Positions 48,946 through 53,100 of a DNA stretch of 53,100 bases are shown here, piece by piece. Position 1 is the stretch's first letter. Every line of letters begins with the position of its first letter. The position numbers were made by a program, and so were the translations under genes. Source of the DNA: Candidatus Hydrogenedentota bacterium (lineage in GTDB: Bacteria > Hydrogenedentota > Hydrogenedentia > Hydrogenedentales > JAEUWI01); the NCBI GenBank assembly GCA_030432675.1, contig JAUIMA010000001.1:1-53100 (forward strand), in the 5' to 3' direction. Below the pieces are notes generated by a model. The model was given only the letters and a program-made list of their open reading frames with translations. It was not told the DNA's origin and ran no database searches.

Positions 48946-49004
48946 TCAATTCCTTTCCAACGACCCCGGCATAGTGTCCCGGTTGCCGTTGCAAAATTGC
49001 CCCG

Positions 49005-50732
49005 TCAGGACCCCGATTGTGCCGTCTTAACCGAAGCAGAACCGCCCAGAGTCACGGTACGCTCACCAACAACCGTACCGTTTTCGTCATACTCCACCAC
49101 ATTCCAGTTGCGGGGCGCGCGGGCATTATCGTCCATGGGCTGACCCTGGACCCGCTCGCGGGTAATCATGCCGGAAATGTCTTCGCGAAGCCGCTTGCTC
49201 AGCCGACCATGAAATTCGATGGGCCCGGGCCAGAGGCTGGCCGCCGTCGCGAGATCATCCGAAATATCAGCCGAGTTACCCATCCGGCACTGGAGCGGCG
49301 CAGGAATTACCCCGTACATGGCCATACGGGCTACCGAGCCACTCGCATCCAACCAGTCATCCACGTTATCCTGGATTGCACCGGAAGACGCGGGAAATAC
49401 CGGAATGGGTGCCGCCGCCACGCGCAGCGCCTTGTAGGCAGCGTTCTGTGCTTCGGCGCGGGTTAGTTTCAACTTCGCCAGGGCGGTTTCAGGAATCATC
49501 GACTTTTCTACCACGATGAAGGCAGCCCCCCAGTCGCTCAAGGTTTTTACCTTGGCCGCCAGGGCTGCCGAAGCACCCGGGTCCAGGGGATTGATCCAGG
49601 ATTGGCCATCGGAACTCTCGGTCGTCCAGGCGTTCCCGCCCTCTTTGGCCACGAGCGGGTCAATCGACACGCCCACGTTTAAATCGGCGGATATCAGGGA
49701 ACCGATCGCCGACTTCATATTTTTTGGAAAACGCCCTGCCGCACCACTCATGGAGCCGGGCCGCCCTTCCCATCCACGGCTCAAGAGCACATGGTCGATA
49801 CCTGCCTGCTTCCAGCTCGTGCTGGCAGCCACATATTCATCCAGACCTTGGGTATCATCCAACGTATACCAGCCGCGGGCCAGGAAATTCCGTTCTGGCG
49901 ATTCCACAAACATGCTGTAGGCCCAACAGTAATACAGGTCTACCCGATGGGGTTCGGGCACGCCGTGGGACATCCAAAGGGGGTCGGCCAGAAGTTTCTC
50001 TCCCGGAGCCAACACCTTCGCCGGACCATACTTGCACACAAGTTCGCCGTGCCACTCCCCGTCCCGCTCGGTAAATCCAATAGAAGACTCGGCCAGGCCG
50101 CCTGGAAGTAGCCCCACCCCAAAGCAAATAGGTTTAGTGGGATCATGGATCACCGCCATGGTCGCCTGTTCCTGCCCTACGACCACAGGCTGCCCACCTA
50201 CATCCTGCAGGCTGCGGTAGCGAACCCGCGTCTGGGGACTGAGCTGCTGCATGACCGAGGTCTTAGCCACGACCGGGTAGATTCGCTCGATGGCCACATC
50301 GCTCGTGCCCACATTTTCGACCAGAATTTCGACAAAAACGAAGGGGCGGGATTTAAACGTGCGCATGACATGCGAGACTTTCAACCCGTTCTTCGGCTCA
50401 AAGGTCACGGAATAGGTGGTGCCATCACCCAATACGTGGGTAAAGGCATCCCGGCTGGGTTTTCCTTCACCGAGATTCAGTCCGTTGAGCTCCGTACCGT
50501 CCGCGAGCACCACCGAGAAGCCCATGCTGTCGGCCAACACGGTCTCATCTTTCAGCAGCACACGCCACTCGGCATTGTCCTCCGCGTAGATCAACACCCC
50601 TTCCTCGATCGGGATGCGATAGTGATTGCGCAAATCCCAAGGCAGACTGGGATCCGCAATCGCCTTCCCGGACAGCAGACCCACCAGGATGAGAAAAAGA
50701 ATGGTCATGAATCGAGACCCATAGGTCGTCAT
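49005..50732 (-). CDS. secreted hypothetical protein (possible glycoside-hydrolase-like TIM barrel)
   Basis: 575 aa. Signal peptide MTILFLILVGLLSGKAIA. The region GIDHVLLSRGWEGRPG...GRFPKNMKSAIGSLISADLNVGVSIDP is only vaguely alpha-galactosidase-like. The function is not supported beyond this. Confidence 0.6.
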   Translation of the reverse strand: MTTYGSRFMTILFLILVGLLSGKAIADPSLPWDLRNHYRIPIEEGVLIYAEDNAEWRVLLKDETVLADSMGFSVVLADGTELNGLNLGEGKPSRDAFTHVLGDGTTYSVTFEPKNGLKVSHVMRTFKSRPFVFVEILVENVGTSDVAIERIYPVVAKTSVMQQLSPQTRVRYRSLQDVGGQPVVVGQEQATMAVIHDPTKPICFGVGLLPGGLAESSIGFTERDGEWHGELVCKYGPAKVLAPGEKLLADPLWMSHGVPEPHRVDLYYCWAYSMFVESPERNFLARGWYTLDDTQGLDEYVAASTSWKQAGIDHVLLSRGWEGRPGSMSGAAGRFPKNMKSAIGSLISADLNVGVSIDPLVAKEGGNAWTTESSDGQSWINPLDPGASAALAAKVKTLSDWGAAFIVVEKSMIPETALAKLKLTRAEAQNAAYKALRVAAAPIPVFPASSGAIQDNVDDWLDASGSVARMAMYGVIPAPLQCRMGNSADISDDLATAASLWPGPIEFHGRLSKRLREDISGMITRERVQGQPMDDNARAPRNWNVVEYDENGTVVGERTVTLGGSASVKTAQSGS

Positions 50733-50998
50733 TGCTCGTTGCTCCGCCGAAAACGAAAACGCTGTGTGTTCCGTTCGATTGGTTGTATCCGTATCGCTAC
50801 ACTTAGTGGCATGAAAATCCGCCTATACACGATCTAGAGTATACCCCATCCTGCCGGGACGCTGGTACTGGGCACCACTGAACGTAGTATAGCTGGAATC
50901 GGACACCAAGAGCCGCCACGTATCTTTTTTTGATGGTGCTATCTATTTTTTTGGTTCACTGGTATTATCGACGTGGTGCAATCTGCGTTGGGGAGTAT

Positions 50999-52228
50999 AT
51001 GGGTAGAGAAGATGACAGAATCAAAGTTCTCATTGCCGAAGACGTACCGTCGCTACGCCTCGTGATCGTACGCCTATTAACGGAGTGGGGATTTGAAGCC
51101 ATACCCTGTGGTGATGGCCTGGCAGCACAAGAAGCCTTGGCCAAACCCAATGGGCCACGTATTGCCATTCTTGATTGGGTAATGCCCCACAAAAGTGGTC
51201 CGGAGGTCTGTGAGTGGATTACCAATGAGCTCAATACCTTCGTCTATACAATCATTCTCACCGGGAAGACGAAACAGGATGATTTGTTTGCCGGCCTGAC
51301 TGCCGGAGCTCACGCCTACATTACCAAGCCTGCCGACCCGGAGGAGCTTCATGCACGGTTGAAGGTGGGACTTCGTTTTGTCAATTACGAAGCAGAATTG
51401 GCCCAAAAGAATGAAGAGCTCCAACGTTACGCCACCCAAATGGAATTACTGGCAGAAGAACGGGCAAAGCAATTGGTCCATGCCGACCGGATGGTGACCC
51501 TGGGCACCATGAGTGCCGGAATCGCCCACGAGATCAATAATTCCACCGCCCTGCTTTCCGGCAACGTGCAGACTTTGCAAAAATTCTGGCCGGTGATGGA
51601 AAAGGCAATGAGAGAAGCGGCGCAACCCAACGAAGAGAACTTCCAGCTGAATTTCATTTTGGAGGAAGTCCCAAATGTCCTTACGGGTATGCGAAGTGGC
51701 ATTGTACGCATTTCAAAAATAGTGAAGAGTTTGAAGACCTACGCCCATCGCGGCGCAACGAACGAACAAGAAGCAACTCAAATCAACGATTGCATCCATT
51801 CTGCCCTGGATTTGTGTGAAAACGCGTTGAAACGAACCACGAGCATCGAGTTGCATCTGGCGGAGGATTTGCCAGCCGTTCTCGCAGCACCCCAGCAAAT
51901 TGAGCAGGTTTTCGTGAACATGATCGTCAACGCCTGCGATTCGATTCGGCCCACTGGGCCCGGTGTGATTACGATCACCACCACACAACGTAGCGGCGAC
52001 GTCATTATCTGTTTTGAAGATACCGGCGAAGGGATTCCGCCTGATGTTCTGGAGAAAATATGGGACCCCTTTTACACGACGAAAGGCATTGGCAAAGGCA
52101 CGGGGCTCGGATTGTCTATTAGCTTGGGTATCCTTGAGAGTCACGGAGGTACCTATCATGCAGAAAACAGGAGTCAAGGGGGTGCCCGTTTTAACTTGAC
52201 ACTCCCCGCCATGGAGACAGACACTTAA
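50999..52228 (+). CDS. hybrid response-regulator receiver / histidine kinase (cytoplasmic)
   Basis: ORF 50930-52228. ATG 50999 is preceded by GGGGAG. REC domain (KVLIAEDV, ILDWVMP, KP). H-box AHEINNS. N-box NMIVNACDS. G-boxes EDTGEGIP and GTGLGLSIS. Confidence 0.88.
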   Translation: MGREDDRIKVLIAEDVPSLRLVIVRLLTEWGFEAIPCGDGLAAQEALAKPNGPRIAILDWVMPHKSGPEVCEWITNELNTFVYTIILTGKTKQDDLFAGLTAGAHAYITKPADPEELHARLKVGLRFVNYEAELAQKNEELQRYATQMELLAEERAKQLVHADRMVTLGTMSAGIAHEINNSTALLSGNVQTLQKFWPVMEKAMREAAQPNEENFQLNFILEEVPNVLTGMRSGIVRISKIVKSLKTYAHRGATNEQEATQINDCIHSALDLCENALKRTTSIELHLAEDLPAVLAAPQQIEQVFVNMIVNACDSIRPTGPGVITITTTQRSGDVIICFEDTGEGIPPDVLEKIWDPFYTTKGIGKGTGLGLSISLGILESHGGTYHAENRSQGGARFNLTLPAMETDT

Positions 52229-52305
52229 ATTGTGGCTGCGCCAAATTTGGCCGGTAGTTGGGGCCTGCGCCAGCGAGACACTCATAGATAGCGAGGACCG
52301 CAGAG

Positions 52306-52728
52306 ATGAAAGTCAGGCTATTGGTCGTGGACGACGAATTGGGTATTCAGGAAATGATACAACGCCATTTCCGGTTTCTCGGATTTGAAGTCGATTGTGC
52401 AAACAATGGGGAGCAAGCGTTGGGCATCATGGCGAAAGCTCGCTATGACATCGTCATTTCCGACATTATGATGCCCGTCATGGACGGCCCCGAAATGTTG
52501 CGGGTAATTCGACGTCTGTATCCCATGACACATGTTATAATGATGACGGGCTATGTCACCATGGACAATGCCTTGACGTGTATGAGACTTGGGGCAGACA
52601 CGCTGGTTTTCAAGCCCCTGGAAGATATGGGTACGCTGGAAAAAGCCGTGGCCGATGCCGTTGAACACATTCAACACTGGCTGGGATTGCTTAAAGAACT
52701 ACAATCCATGAAACCACCGACCATATAG
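52306..52728 (+). CDS. single-domain response regulator (CheY-like)
   Basis: 140 aa. LLVVDDE, phospho-acceptor ISDIMMP, MMTGY and FKP. Confidence 0.9.
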   Translation: MKVRLLVVDDELGIQEMIQRHFRFLGFEVDCANNGEQALGIMAKARYDIVISDIMMPVMDGPEMLRVIRRLYPMTHVIMMTGYVTMDNALTCMRLGADTLVFKPLEDMGTLEKAVADAVEHIQHWLGLLKELQSMKPPTI

Positions 52729-52739
52729 GGATTCTCCCG

Positions 52740-53057
52740 TTGGATACTAATCTCGACGTAGATGATGCGCTCCGAACGGAGTTTATCGACGAATCTCTGG
52801 AGATGCTATCAGGGCTGGAAAGCCTTTTTATCTCCCTCGAACAGGAACCCGACAACCTGGACGTGGTACAAGCCATTTTCCGGCCCATCCATTCGATTAA
52901 GGGCAACTCTTCGTTTTTCGATTTTCCCTCGGTGAAGACGCTATCTCACGAAATGGAGACTATTCTCGATCTTGTTAGAAAAAAGAATCTGGGCGTCTCT
53001 CCCGAACTGATCGGCGCCGAACTGGCAGGTGTTGATCTACTGAAAGAAATGCTATAG
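52740..53057 (+). CDS. Hpt (CheA P1-like) phosphotransfer domain protein
   Basis: 105 aa, TTG start in the track. EFIDESLEMLSGLE...FRPIHSIKGNSSFFDF carries the phospho-His motif HSIKG. The TAG stop at 53055-53057 is followed by open frame to the window end. Confidence 0.7.
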   Translation: MDTNLDVDDALRTEFIDESLEMLSGLESLFISLEQEPDNLDVVQAIFRPIHSIKGNSSFFDFPSVKTLSHEMETILDLVRKKNLGVSPELIGAELAGVDLLKEML

Positions 53058-53100
53058 CGGGGTCGGGCGGGAAGCCCCGAAGTCCGTGATCAGGAAATCT

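Overview
High-GC bacterial chromosomal window (about 60% GC by eye). It holds about 38 credible protein genes. I saw no rRNA, tRNA, CRISPR array, integrase or transposase. The gene content suggests a PVC-like or other uncultured Gram-negative lineage: a WD40 Ser/Thr kinase, a PRC-barrel protein, a BNR/sialidase-like protein, a PQQ dehydrogenase with a cytochrome c motif, four-helix-bundle IVS-family genes and a T2SS-G-like domain. Taxonomy cannot be assigned from sequence alone. Housekeeping blocks are pyrR-pyrB-pyrC (265-3447, minus), aceE-aceF-lpdA (8912-14620, minus), a fused 5-oxoprolinase (37179-40874, plus) and ubiB-ispE (46378-48945, minus). The best candidates for something undescribed are four. 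(1) A tightly packed minus-strand operon at 28274-36704 joins an MshM/ExeA-like ATPase, a TPR membrane protein, an outer-membrane protein that looks like a Wza-type Poly_export domain fused to a secretin, a Wzc-type tyrosine autokinase and a Wzy/O-antigen-ligase-like polymerase. A convergent orphan PilT-like ATPase with an N-terminal extension sits next to it. (2) A zinc-ribbon membrane peptide is followed by two overlapping membrane-anchored P-loop GTPases (42604-46217). (3) An AT-richer islet holds a 4-nt-overlapping pair of a small unknown protein and an HNH_2-type nuclease (16808-17910). (4) Four-helix-bundle (Avd/23S-IVS family) gene cassettes are bracketed by a composite repeat family: an AT-rich GAATAGTGAAT module plus long hairpins built from 9-nt periodic GTGGGACNN units (18401-23563). 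A separate MITE-like inverted repeat lies inside the pyrB-pyrC spacer. All functional calls come from motif recognition by eye. No database search was run and novelty cannot be verified here.
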